Part shown: piece by piece, positions 29,425 through 41,400 of the stretch
Layout of the letters: every line of letters starts with the position of its first letter
Position numbering within the stretch: the first letter of the stretch is position 1
Assembly: GCA_965240325.2 (NCBI GenBank)
Contig: OZ251236.1
Span: 1,550,001 to 1,614,000 of the forward strand
Reading direction: 5' to 3'
DNA length: 64,000 bases
DNA from: Rebecca billardiae RCC1528
Taxonomy: Eukaryota > Protista > Haptophyta
Notes under the pieces: model-generated
Seen by the model: the letters and a program-made list of their open reading frames with translations, nothing else
What the model was told of the DNA's origin: nothing
The model's database searches: none
Program-made: the position numbers and the translations under genes

Positions 29425-32400
29425 ATGCGTGTGCCACAACCAGTCCTGCTCGCCGCCGTGCTGCTCGCCGCGCTGCCTGCCACGCGAGCGCAGACGAGCC
29501 CGCCGCCCTCTCCGCCACCCAGCCCGCCGCCGTCGCCAACTGCGGTCGTGCTCGGCCAGACGAAGATCTCGGCCACGCAGGGCGGGCTGGCTCAGGCGCT
29601 GCAGGATCGCGACGAATTTGGCACCGCCGTCGCCAGCCTGGGCGACGTCGACGGCGACGGCGTGCCCGACGCGTTTGTCGGCGCGCCGTGGGATGCGATC
29701 AACGCCAACATCGGCGGCGCGGGGTACGTGCTGCTGATGAACGCAGAGGGCACGGTGAAGGCGGAGACGCGCATCGCCGAGCAGGAGGGCGGCTTCACCG
29801 AGTCTTTCTCCGGCCAGGCGCACTTCATCGGCGGCTCGGCCGCCGGCCTGGGCGACCTGGACGGCGACGGCGTGCCGGACATGCTGATGGCGCAGGGCGA
29901 CAAGGCCGGCTCGACGATCTGGACGCTCTTCCTCAACACGGACGGCACGGTCAAGTCGTACGTCAAGATCGCGCCCGGCGAGGGCGACCTCGCAGACCTC
30001 GGCACTGACAAGTTTGGCAACACAGTCGCGGTGCTCGGCGACGTCGACGGCGACGGCGTCGTCGATGCCCTCGTGGGCGCGGGCCGGCGCGACACGCAGT
30101 CGGCCTTCGTCCTCTTCCTGCGCACCGACGGCAGCGCGAAGGGGTACCAGGAGATCTCCGAGGCGGCGGGCGGGCTGGCCGCCTCGCCGTTCGTCAACGG
30201 CACCTGGGGCAACGCCGTGTGCGCGGCCGGTGACGTGAATGGCGACGGCATACCAGACGCGGCCGTGGGCGACGAAAAGTACGAGGACGGCGGACTCAAG
30301 TACGGCGCGCTGTACGTGCTGATGCTCCACCGGAACGGCACGGTGAAGGCGGAGGCGTTCATCAGCAAGGACGAGCTGAGCCTTCTGGCGGCCGGGCACA
30401 AGCTCGGCTCGGCTTGCGAAGGGCTGGGCGACCTCGACGGTGACGGTGTGCCAGACCTGGCGGTGGGCGCGAAAGAGGCTGGCTCCGGCGAGCAGGGCGG
30501 GGTGTTCATTCTGAACCTCAACTCGGACGGCAGCGTGAAGGCGTCGGCTGAGATCAGCCAGGGCGTGGGCGGGCTCAGCGCGAGCGGGCTCGACGAACTC
30601 GACCAGTTTGGCAGCGGCCTCGGCTTCCTGGGCGACCTCGACGGCGACGGCTCCCCAGAGCTGATGGTCGGGGCGCCGTGGGACGATGATGGCTTCAACA
30701 AAGCGGGTGCGGTGTACGTGCTCACGCTCGCCACGCCGCCCTCGTCGCCGAAACCGCCGCCCAGCCCGCCGCCGAGCTCGCCGCCGCCGAGCCCGCCGCC
30801 GAGCCCGCCGCCGAGCCCGCCACCACCATCGCCGCCCCCGAGCCCGCCGCCCAGCCCGCCGCCGCCAAAGGCGCCGCCGAGCCCGCCGCCATCGCCACCA
30901 CCAACGCCACCGCCGAGCCCGCCGCCGAGCCCGCCGCCGAGCCCGTCGCCGCCGAAACCGCCGCCGAGCCCGCCGCCGTCGCCACCACCATCGCCGCCGC
31001 CGAGCCCGCCGCCGAGTCCGCCGCCGTCGCCACCACCATTGCCGCCGCCGAGCCCGCCGCCCAGCCCGCCGCCGCCGAAGCCGCCGCCGAGCCCGCCGCC
31101 ATCGCCACCACCATCGCCACCGCCGAGCCCGCCGCCGAGCCCGCCGCCGAGCCCGTCGCCGCCGAAACCGCCGCCGAGCCCGCCGCCGTCGCCACCACCA
31201 ACGCCGCCGCCAAGCCCGCCGCCGAGCCCGCCGCCGAACCCGTCGCCGCCGAGCCCACCGCCGAGCCCGCCGCCGTCGCCACCACCATCGCCACCGCCAA
31301 GCCCGCCGCCGAGCCCACCTCCGAGCCCGCCGCCGCCGAGCCCGCCGCCATCGCCACCGCCGTCGCCACCGCCGAGCCCGCCGCCGAGCCCGCCGCCATC
31401 GCCACCGCCATCGCCACCGCCGAGCCCGCCGCCGAGCCCGCCGCCGAGCCCGCTGCCCCCGAGCCCGCCGCCGAGCCCGCCACCGTCGCCACCACCATCA
31501 CCGCCGCCGAGCCCGCCGCCGCCGAGCCCGCCGCCGTCGCCGCCGCCAAGCCCGCCACCCTCCCCGCCGCCGTCACCACCACCGCCCACGCCGCCACCAA
31601 GCCCGCCGCCGACACCACCGCCCTCCCCGCCGCCGAGCCCGCCACCGCCGAGCCCGCCACCGAGCCCGCCGCCTGCCCCTCCGCCCAGCCCGCCGCCGAG
31701 CCCGCCACCGCCATCGCCACCACCGTCGCCGCCGCCGAGCCCGCCACCCAGCCCGCCGCCAAGCCCGCCGCCAAGCCCGCCGCCCAGCCCGCCGCCCAGC
31801 CCGCCGCCCAGCCCGCCGCCGCCGTCCCCTCCACCATCGCCACCGCCATCTCCGCCGCCGTCGCCGCCACCCTCGCCGCCGCCGCCATCGCTGCCGCCGA
31901 GCCCGCCGCCGAGCCCGCCGCCGAGCCCGCCGCCGAGCCCGCCGCCGCCGAGCCCTCCGCCGAGCCCGCCGCCGAGCCCACCACCGAGCCCGCCGCCATC
32001 GCCGCCGCCGCCGAGCCCGCCGCCGAGCCCGCCACCATCACCACCGCCGTCGCCGCCACCGAGCCCGCCGCCGCCATCGCCGCCGCCGTCGCCACCGCCG
32101 AGCCCGCCACCGAGCCCGCCGCCATCGCCACCGCCATCGCCACCGCCGAGCCCGCCGCCGAGCCCGCCGCCATCGCCACCGCCGTCGCCACCGCCGAGCC
32201 CGCCGCCGAGCCCGCCGCCATCGCCACCGCCGTCGCCGCCGCCGAGCCCGCCGCCGAGCCCGCCGCCGAGCCCGCCGCCCCCGAGCCCGCCGCCGAGCCC
32301 GCCACCGTCGCCGCCACCATCACCGCCGCCGAGCCCGCCGCCGCCGAGCCCGCCGCCGTCGCCGCCGCCAAGCCCGCCACCAAGCCCGCCGCCGTCACCA

Positions 32401-35400
32401 CCACCGCCCACGCCGCCGCCAAGCCCGCCGCCGACACCACCGCCCTCCCCGCCGCCGAGCCCGCCGCCGCCGAGCCCGCCACCGAGCCCGCCGCCTGCCC
32501 CTCCGCCCAGCCCGCCGCCGAGCCCGCCACCGCCATCGCCACCACCGTCGCCGCCGCCGAGCCCGCCGCCCAGCCCGCCGCCAAGCCCGCCGCCAAGCCC
32601 GCCGCCCAGCCCGCCGCCCAGCCCGCCGCCCAGCCCGCCGCCGCCGTCCCCTCCGCCATCGCCACCGCCATCTCCGCCGCCGTCGCCACCACCCTCGCCG
32701 CCGCCGCCATCGCTGCCGCCGAGCCCGCCGCCGAGCCCGCCGCCGAGCCCGCCGCCGAGCCCGCCGCCGCCGAGCCCGCCGCCGAGCCCGCCGCCGAGCC
32801 CACCACCGAGCCCGCCGCCGTCGCCGCCGCCGCCGAGCCCGCCGCCGATCCCGCCACCATCACCACCGCCGTCGCCGCCACCGAGCCCGCCGCCGCCATC
32901 GCCGCCGCCGTCGCCACCGCCGAGCCCGCCACCGAGCCCGCCGCCATCGCCACCGCCATCGCCACCGCCGAGCCCGCCGCCGAGCCCGCCGCCATCGCCA
33001 CCGCCGTCGCCACCGCCGAGCCCGCCGCCGAGCCCGCCGCCATCGCCACCGCCGTCGCCGCCGCCGAGCCCGCCGCCGAGCCCGCCGCCGAGCCCGCCGC
33101 CCCCGAGCCCGCCGCCGAGCCCGCCACCGTCGCCGCCACCATCACCGCCGCCGAGCCCGCCGCCGCCGAGCCCGCCGCCGTCGCCGCCGCCAAGCCCGCC
33201 ACCAAGCCCGCCGCCGTCACCACCACCGCCCACGCCGCCGCCAAGCCCGCCGCCGACACCACCGCCCTCCCCGCCGCCGAGCCCGCCGCCGCCGAGCCCG
33301 CCACCGAGCCCGCCGCCTGCCCCTCCGCCCAACCCGCCGCCGAGCCCGCCACCGCCATTGCCACCACCGTCACCGCCGCCGAGCCCGCCGCCCAGCCCGC
33401 CGCCAAGCCCGCCGCCCAGCCCGCCGCCCAGCCCGCCGCCCAGCCCGCCGCCCAGCCCGCCGCCGCCGTCCCCTCCGCCATCGCCACCGCCATCTCCGCC
33501 GCCGTCGCCACCACCCTCGCCGCCGCCGCCATCGCTGCCGCCGAGCCCGCCGCCGAGCCCGCCGCCGAGCCCGCCGCCGAGCCCGCCGCCGCCGAGCCCG
33601 CCGCCGAGCCCGCCGCCGAGCCCACCACCGAGCCCGCCGCCGTCGCCGCCGCCGCCGAGCCCGCCGCCGAGCCCGCCACCATCGCCACCACCATCGCCGC
33701 CACCGAGCCCGCCGCCGCCTTCGCCGCCGCCGTCGCCACCGCCGAGCCCGCCACCGAGCCCGCCGCCATCGCCACCGCCATCGCCACCGCCGAGCCCGCC
33801 GCCGAGCCCGCCGCCATCGCCACCGCCGTCGCCACCGCCGAGCCCGCCGCCGAGCCCGCCGCCGAGCCCGCCGCCCCCGAGCCCGCCGCCGAGCCCGCCG
33901 CCGTCACCACCACCATCACCGCCGCCGAGCCCGCCGCCGCCGAGCCCGCCGCCGTCGCCGCCGCCGAGCCCGCCACCCTCCCCGCCGCCGTCACCACCAC
34001 CGCCCACGCCGCCGCCAAGCCCGCCGCCGACACCACCGCCCTCCCCGCCGCCGAGCCCGCCGCCGCCGAGCCCGCCACCGAGCCCGCCGCCTGCCCCTCC
34101 GCCCAGCCCGCCACCGAGCCCGCCACCGCCATCGCCACCACCGTCGCCGCCGCCGAGCCCGCCACCCAGCCCGCCGCCAAGCCCGCCGCCCAGCCCGCCG
34201 CCCAGCCCGCCGCCCAGCCCACCGCCCAGCCCGCCGCCGCCGTCCCCTCCACCATCGCCACCGCCATCTCCGCCGCCGTCGCCGCCACCCTCGCCGCCGC
34301 CGCCATCGCCGCCACCAAGCCCGCCGCCGAGGCCGCCGCCGAGCCCGCCGCCGAGCCCGCCGCCGCCGAGCCCTCCGCCGAGCCCGCCACCAAGCCAACC
34401 GCCGAGCCCGCCGCCATCGCCGCCGCCGCCGAGCCCGCCGCCCAGCCCGCCGCCATCGCCGCCACCGAGCCCTCCGCCGAGTCCCCCACCGCCATCGCCG
34501 CCGCCGTCGCCACCGCCGAGCCCGCCACCGAGCCCGCCGCCATCGCCACCGCCATCGCCACCGCCGAGCCCGCCGCCGAGCCCGCCGCCATCGCCACCAC
34601 CGTCGCCACCGCCGAGCCCGCCGCCGAGCCCGCCGCCATCGCCACCGCCATCGCCGCCGCCGAGCCCGCCGCCGAGCCCGCCGCCGAGCCCGCCGCCCCC
34701 GAGCTCGCCGCCGAGCCCGCCACCGTCGCCACCACCATCACCGCCGCCGAGCCCGCCGCCGCCGAGCCCGCCGCCGTCGCCGCCGCCAAGCCCGCCACCA
34801 AGCCCGCCGCCGTCACCACCACCGCCCACGCCACCACCAAGCCCGCCGCCGACACCACCGCCCTTCCCGCCACCGAGCCCGCCGCCGCCGAGCCCGCCAC
34901 CGAGCCCGCCGCCTGCCCCTCCGCCCAGCCCGCCGCCGAGCCCGCCACCGCCATTGCCACCACCGTCGCCGCCGCCGAGCCCGCCACCCAGCCCGCCGCC
35001 AAGCCCGCCGCCAAGCCCGCCGCCCAGCCCGCCGCCCAGCCCGCCGCCCAGCCCGCCGCCGCCGTCCCCTCCGCCATCGCCACCGCCATCTCCGCCGCCG
35101 TCGCCGCCACCCTCGCCGCCGCCGCCATCGCCGCCACCAAGCCCGCCGCCGAGCCCGCCGCCGAGCCCGCCGCCGAGCCCGCCGCCGCCGAGCCCTCCGC
35201 CGAGCCCGCCACCAAGCCCACCGCCGAGCCCGCCGCCATCGCCGCCGCCGCCGAGCCCGCCGCCCAGCCCGCCGCCATCGCCGCCACCGAGCCCTCCGCC
35301 GAGTCCCCCACCGCCATCACCACCTCCGTCGCCACCGCCGAGCCCGCCACCGAGCCCGCCACCGAGCCCGCCGCCGCCGAGCCCGCCACCGAGCCCGCCG

Positions 35401-38400
35401 CCGACGCCACCGCCGTCGCCACCGCCATCACCACCGCCACCGAGCCCGCCGCCGAGCCCGCCACCGTCGCCACCGCCGAGCCCGCCGCCGAGCCCGCCGC
35501 CGCCAAGCCCTCCGCCCAGCCCGCCGCCCAGCCCGCCGCCGAGCCCGCCGCCATCGCCGCCGCCGCCGAGCCCGCCGCCGAGCCCGCCACCATCGCCGCC
35601 ACCGAGCCCTCCGCCGAGCCCGCCACCGCCATCATCACCTCCGTCGCCTCCGCCGAGCCCGCCACCCACCCCACCGCCGAGCCCGCCGCCCCCAAGCCCG
35701 CCTCCGAGCCCGCCACCGACACCGCCGCCATCGCCGCCGCCAAGCCCGCCGCCACCGAGCCCGCCACCGTCGCCACCGCCGAGCCCGCCGCCGAGCCCGC
35801 CGCCGAGCCCGCCGCCGCCGAGCCCGCCGCCGAGCCCGCCGCCGACACCACCGCCATCGCCACCGCCATCGCCTCCGCCACCGAGCCCACCGCCAAGCCC
35901 GCCGCCATCGCCGCCACCGAGCCCGCCGCCCAGCCCGCCGCCGCCGTCTCCACCGCCATCGCCCCCGCCATCTCCGCCACCGTCGCCGCCGCCGTCGCCG
36001 CCGCCGCCATCGCCGCCACCAAGCCCGCCGCCGAGCCCGCCGCCGAGCCCGCCGCCGAGCCCGCCGCCGCCAAGCCCTCCGCCGAGCCCGCCACCAAGCC
36101 CACCGCCGAGCCCGCCGCCATCGCCGCCGCCGCCGAGCCCACCGCCGAGCCCGCCACCATCGCCGCCACCGAGCCCTCCGCCGAGCCCGCCACCGCCATC
36201 ACCACCTCCGTCGCCTCCGCCGAGCCCGCCACCGAGCCCTCCGCCGAGCCCGCCGCCCCCAAGCCCGCCTCCGAGCCCGCCGCCGACACCACCGCCTTCG
36301 CCACCGCCATCGCCGCCGCCGCCGAGCCCCCCGCCGATTCCCCCGCCGAGCCCGCCTCCGGCGCCGCCGCCCAGCCCGCCGCCGCCCAGCCCGCCGCCAT
36401 CGCCACCGCCGTCGCCGCCGCCGTCGCCACCGCCGTCGCCGCCACCGCCAAGCCCGCCACCGAGCCCGCCGCCAGCCCCGCCCCCGAGTCCGCCGCCGCC
36501 GAGCCCGCCACCGAGCCCGCCACCATCGCCGCCGCCGAGCCCGCCGCCGAGCCCGCCGCCGCCCAGCCCGCCGCCATCGCCGCCGCCCAGCCCGCCACCC
36601 AACCCGCCGCCATCGCCGCCGCCCAGCCCGCCGCCCAGTCCGCCGCCGGCACCGCCACCGAGCCCGCCACCGCCGTCTCCGCCGCCAAGCCCGCCGCCCA
36701 GCCCACCGCCATCGCCGCCGCCGAGCCCACCACCGCCGAGCCCGCCGCCATCCCCGCCTCCCTCGCCACCGCCGGTGCCGCCGCCCAGCCCGCCGCCGCC
36801 ATCGCCGCCGCCCTCGCCGCCGCCCATCTCTCCACCCTCGCCACCGCCAAGCCCGCCACCGCCCTCGCCGCCGCCGAGCCCGCCGCCCGCCAGTCCGCCG
36901 GCGCCACCACCAAGTCCGCCGCCGCCCAGCCCACCACCAACGCCACCGCCGAGCCCGCCACCGTCGCCGCCGCCGTCGCCGCCACCACCCGGCGCGCCGC
37001 CCTCGCCGCCGCCGAGCCCGCCGCCCCTGCACCCGCCCGCGCCGCCGCCGAGCCCACCACCATCGCCTCCGCCCTCGCCGCCGCCTCAGCCCCCGCCTCC
37101 GCTTCCCCCGCCGATCCCGCCACCGAGCCCACCGCCGAATCCACCGCCGTCGCCGCCGCCGCCAAGCCCGCCGCCCGCCCCGCCGCCCGCCCCGCCCCCG
37201 CAGCCACCGCCGTCGCCGCCGCCGCCGGGCTTGCCACCAAGCCCGCCGCCGAGCCCGCCGCCCGCGCCGCCGCCGCGCCCGCCGCCGCCCAGCCCGCCGC
37301 CCAACCCGCCGCCGTCGCCGCCGCCGAGCCCGCCGCCCAACCCTCCACCTCCAAGCCCACCGCCAAGCCCACCCCCTTCGCCGCCGCCGACGCCGCCGCC
37401 TCCCGGGCCACCGCCGTCGCCGCCGCCCGCTCCACCGCCACAGGCGCCACCGCCGCCGCCACCGACGCCGCCGCCGAGCCCGCCGCCCTCGCCGCCGCCC
37501 TCGCCGCCGCCGCTCCCACCACCGCCCAGCCCGCCGCGCCCGCCGCCGTTCGTGCCGCCGCCGCTGCCGCCAAGCGCGTCCCCGCCGCCGAGCGCGCCGC
37601 CGCCGTCCGCGCCGCCGTCGCCCCCTCCGCTCTCCCCGCCGCCCTCTCCGCCCGGCAGCTCGTCCTACCTCGGCCTCACGCTCGACGCCGAGCCGAGCGC
37701 GTACGGCACACAGGCGGCGCAGCGGGCGCTGGCCGACGGCCTCGCGAGCGCGGCGGCCATCCCGGCCGAGTGGGTGGGCGTGGTCTCCGTGTCGGCCGCG
37801 TCGGTGCGCGTGGTGCTGCGCGTCTTCCAGCCGAGCGACCCGGCCGCCCCCGACGCGGCCGCCGCGCTGCAGGCGCTCTCAGCGGAGGGCCTGGGCGCCT
37901 CGCTCGGCGTGGGCGTGCTCGTGACGCCCGAGCCGCTCGTCGCGGGCTGCTCCGAGCCGGGCGCGGCCAACTACGAGCCCGGAGTCGAAGTGGACGACGG
38001 CAGCTGCGTGGCTCACTCGCCGCCGCCGCCGGCGTCGCCGCCGAGCGCGCCGCCGAGCCCGCCGCCCGCGTCGCCGCCGCCGAGCCCGCCGCCGAGCCCG
38101 CCGCCGAGCCCGCCGCCGCCGAGCCCACCGCCCCTTCTGCCACCGCCGCCGCGCGTGGCTCCGTTCCCACCGCCGAGCCCGCCGAGCCCGCCGCCCGCGC
38201 CGCCGCCCAGCCCGCCGCCGAGCCCGCCGCCGGGCGCGCCGCCCGCACCGCCGCCGAGCGCGCCGCCGAGCGCGCCACCGAGCGAGCCACCGAGCGCGCC
38301 GCCGCCGGCGCCACCGCCGTCCTCGCCGCCGCAGCCGCCGCCGCGCCCGCCGCCGCGCCCGCCGCCGCCGAGCCCGCCGCCGGCCCTGCCGCCGCCGCCT

Positions 38401-41400
38401 CGCGCTGAGCCGTTCCCGCCGCCTGCGCCGCCAAGCCCGCCGCCGCGCCCGCCTCCGCCGCGCCCGCCGCCGAGCCCGCCACCGAGCCCGCCGCCCTTGC
38501 CGCCGCCGCCACCACCCGGCACGCCCCCGGCGTCGCCGCCCTCGCCACCGCCGCCGCCGCCGCCGCACGCGCCGCCTCTGCTGCCGCCCTCGCCGCCGCC
38601 CTCGCCACCGCCGATGCCGCCGCTGCCGTCGCTGCCACCCTCGCCGCCGCCTCGCCCGCCGCCGCCGAGTGCGCCGCCCTCGCCGCCGCCGCCGCCGCGC
38701 ACCGAGCCGTTCCCGCCGCCGGCGCCGCCGAGCCCGCCGCCGAGCCCGCCGCCGAGCCCGCCCCCGCCGAGCCCACCACCCAGCCCGCCACCATCCCCAC
38801 CGCCAAGCCCGCCCTCGCCGCCTCCGCTGCCTCCGCCGCGTGATCCGCCGAGCGCGCCGCCGAGCGCGCCGCCCACGCCGCCGCCCTCGCCGTCGCCGCG
38901 CCCGCCGCCTGGCGCGCCGCCGAGCTCGCCGCCGATGCCGCCGCCGAATCTGCCGCCGCACGCGCCGCCGCCGCACCCGCCGCCCAGTCCGCCGCCTGGC
39001 ACACCGCCGCCGATGCCTCCGCCCTCGCCGCCGCCTACGCCGCCGCCGCCGAGCCCGCCACCGTCTCTGCCGCCGCCGCCGCGCACGGAGCCGTTCCCGC
39101 CGCCGGCGCCGCCGAGTCCGCCGCCGAATCCGCCGCCGAGCCCGCCACCGCAGAGTCCGCCGCCGAGCCCCTCTCCGCCTTCGTCCCCCAGCCCGCCCTC
39201 GCCGCCTCCGCCGCCTCCGCCGACCACGCCGCCGAGCGAGCCGCCGACCACGCCGCCAGCACCGCCGCCCACGCCACCGCCACCGCCGCCGCCGCCCGCG
39301 CCGCCGCCGCGCCCGCCGCCGGTGCCGCCGACACCGCCGCCGCCGCCGCGCACGGAGCCCTTCCCGCCGCCGGCGCCGCCGAGCCCGCCGCCAAGCCCAC
39401 CTCCGTCACCACCGCCCAGCTCGCCACCGCCGCCGCCGCCATCGCCGCCGCCATCGCCGCCGCCGGGCCCGCCGCCGCACCCGCCGCCGAGCTCTCCGCC
39501 GCCGCTGCCGCCACCCAGCCCGCCGCCGCCGCCGCCGCCCGCGATCCGCGTGAGCGTGCTCGGCGGCAGCCGCGAGGGCGCGCCGCTCGGCTCGGACGAC
39601 GCGGCGCTCGAGCTCGAGGGTGCGGGCTTTGACAGCCTGGCCGGCGGCGCGTTTGGCGAGATCCAGTGCGCCTTCACGCGCGCCGACGGCGGCGGGGACG
39701 GTGGCGGCCCGCTGCTCTCGGGCGCGACGGTGCTGAGCGACGCGCGGCTGCGCTGCGCCATGCCCGCCGCCGCCTCGTCCGGCGCCCCCTCCGCCGCGGG
39801 CGCGTACACCGTCGGCCTCGCCCTCGGCGCCGTGGGCGCGTCCACGGACGTGGATGTCTCCGGGCTCTTCGGCCCGGTCTCGTTTGAGCTGTACGACATG
39901 GCGGCCGTGTCGGTGCTCGAGCTGCGCCCGCCGGGCGGGCCGGTGGGCGGCGGCACGGCGGTCACGCTCGTGGGCTCGGGCTTTGCCGAGTACGGCGAGG
40001 GCCAGCTGTGCTGCGTGCTCGGCGGCGGCGGCTGCGCGGCGGCGGCGACGCTGCTGCCGCCGTCGGCGGCGGCGCCAACCCTGAGCCGCGCGCGCTGCGT
40101 GCTGCCGCCGCCGCTGGGCGGCGCGGCGGGCAGCGTGGCGCTCGAGCTCTCGCTTGGCGGCGGCAGCGCCGACTCGACCACCGCCTCGGCGCTGCCCTTC
40201 TTCGCGTACGACCCGCCCACCCTCGGCTCCGTCAGCCCGGCGAGCGGCGACGCGAACGGCGGCACGGAGGTGACGATCGGGGGCGCGGGCTTCGACGCGC
40301 TGGCCGGCGGCGCGCTGCTGGCCGTGCGCTTCGGCGACGCGCCCGCGCAGCCGCCGGCGCGCGTCACGGCGGGCGAGGTTGTCGTCTCCACGCGGTACGG
40401 CGCCGCGGGCCGCGCGCAGCTCCGCGTCTCGCTCAACGGCCAGCAGTTCACGCCCGCGGCCGCCGCGACGCCGCCGCCCGCGGGTGCGCTCGCGTTCACG
40501 TTCGTCGGCCTGCACGCGCCCGTGCTCGAGGGTGTGGCGTTCAACGGCGCGGCGACGCTGATGGTGCTGCGCTTCGACGCGCAGCCGACCGACCGCGCGG
40601 GCATGGGCAGCGGCGTGGGCGAGTGCTCGCGCGTCCTCGACGACGACACCGTCGCGCTGGTCGGCGGCGGCGCGGCCGCGGCCGCGGCCGCGCCGCCGCA
40701 GTGCTACTGGACGGACGACTCGACGCTCGTCGCGCGGCTGAGCTCGGCGACGCTCGTGCGCGCCGGCTCGGAGGTGGGCGTGCGCGCGGGCGCGCTGCGC
40801 CCCGAGCAGTGCGGCACGCCGTGCGCCGCCGCCCTCGCCTCCGCCGCCGTGCGCGCCGCCATCGACGCGGACGCGCCGTGCGGCGAGGGCGTGCCGTGCC
40901 CGACGCCTGTCGCAGCCGTGTCGGGCCCGGCGGTGCTCTCGGCTTGCCCGGGCGCGTCGCTCGCGCTCGACGGCTCCGCCTCGTCGCGCGGCGGCATCGG
41001 GCCCGCCGCCTTTGAGTGGCGCGTCGACCCGAGCCGCTCGGCGCGCGCGGCGTCGCTCAACGCGCGGCTGAGCGCGCTGCCGGCGCGCACGCCTCAGCTC
41101 TCGCTCGGCGGGCCCGGTGCGGCCTCGCCGACCGAGCTCGGCGTGAGCGGCTCGTTCGTGTTCGTGCTGCGCGTCACGTCGTTCCTTGGCGTGCCCTCCG
41201 CGCCCGCCGAGTGGCCCGTGTCGCGCGGCGACGGCGCCAGCCCGATCCTCGCCATCGACGGCGCGCCCGAGCTGCGCGCGCGCGCCTCCGAGCCCACGCT
41301 GCTGAGCGGGCGCGCGGAGCTCGCGCCGTGCTGGCCGCCGAGCTTCGAGCCGGCGATGGTGTTCAGCTGGGCGCTCGAGGGCGCAGCGCAGGTGGGCGGC

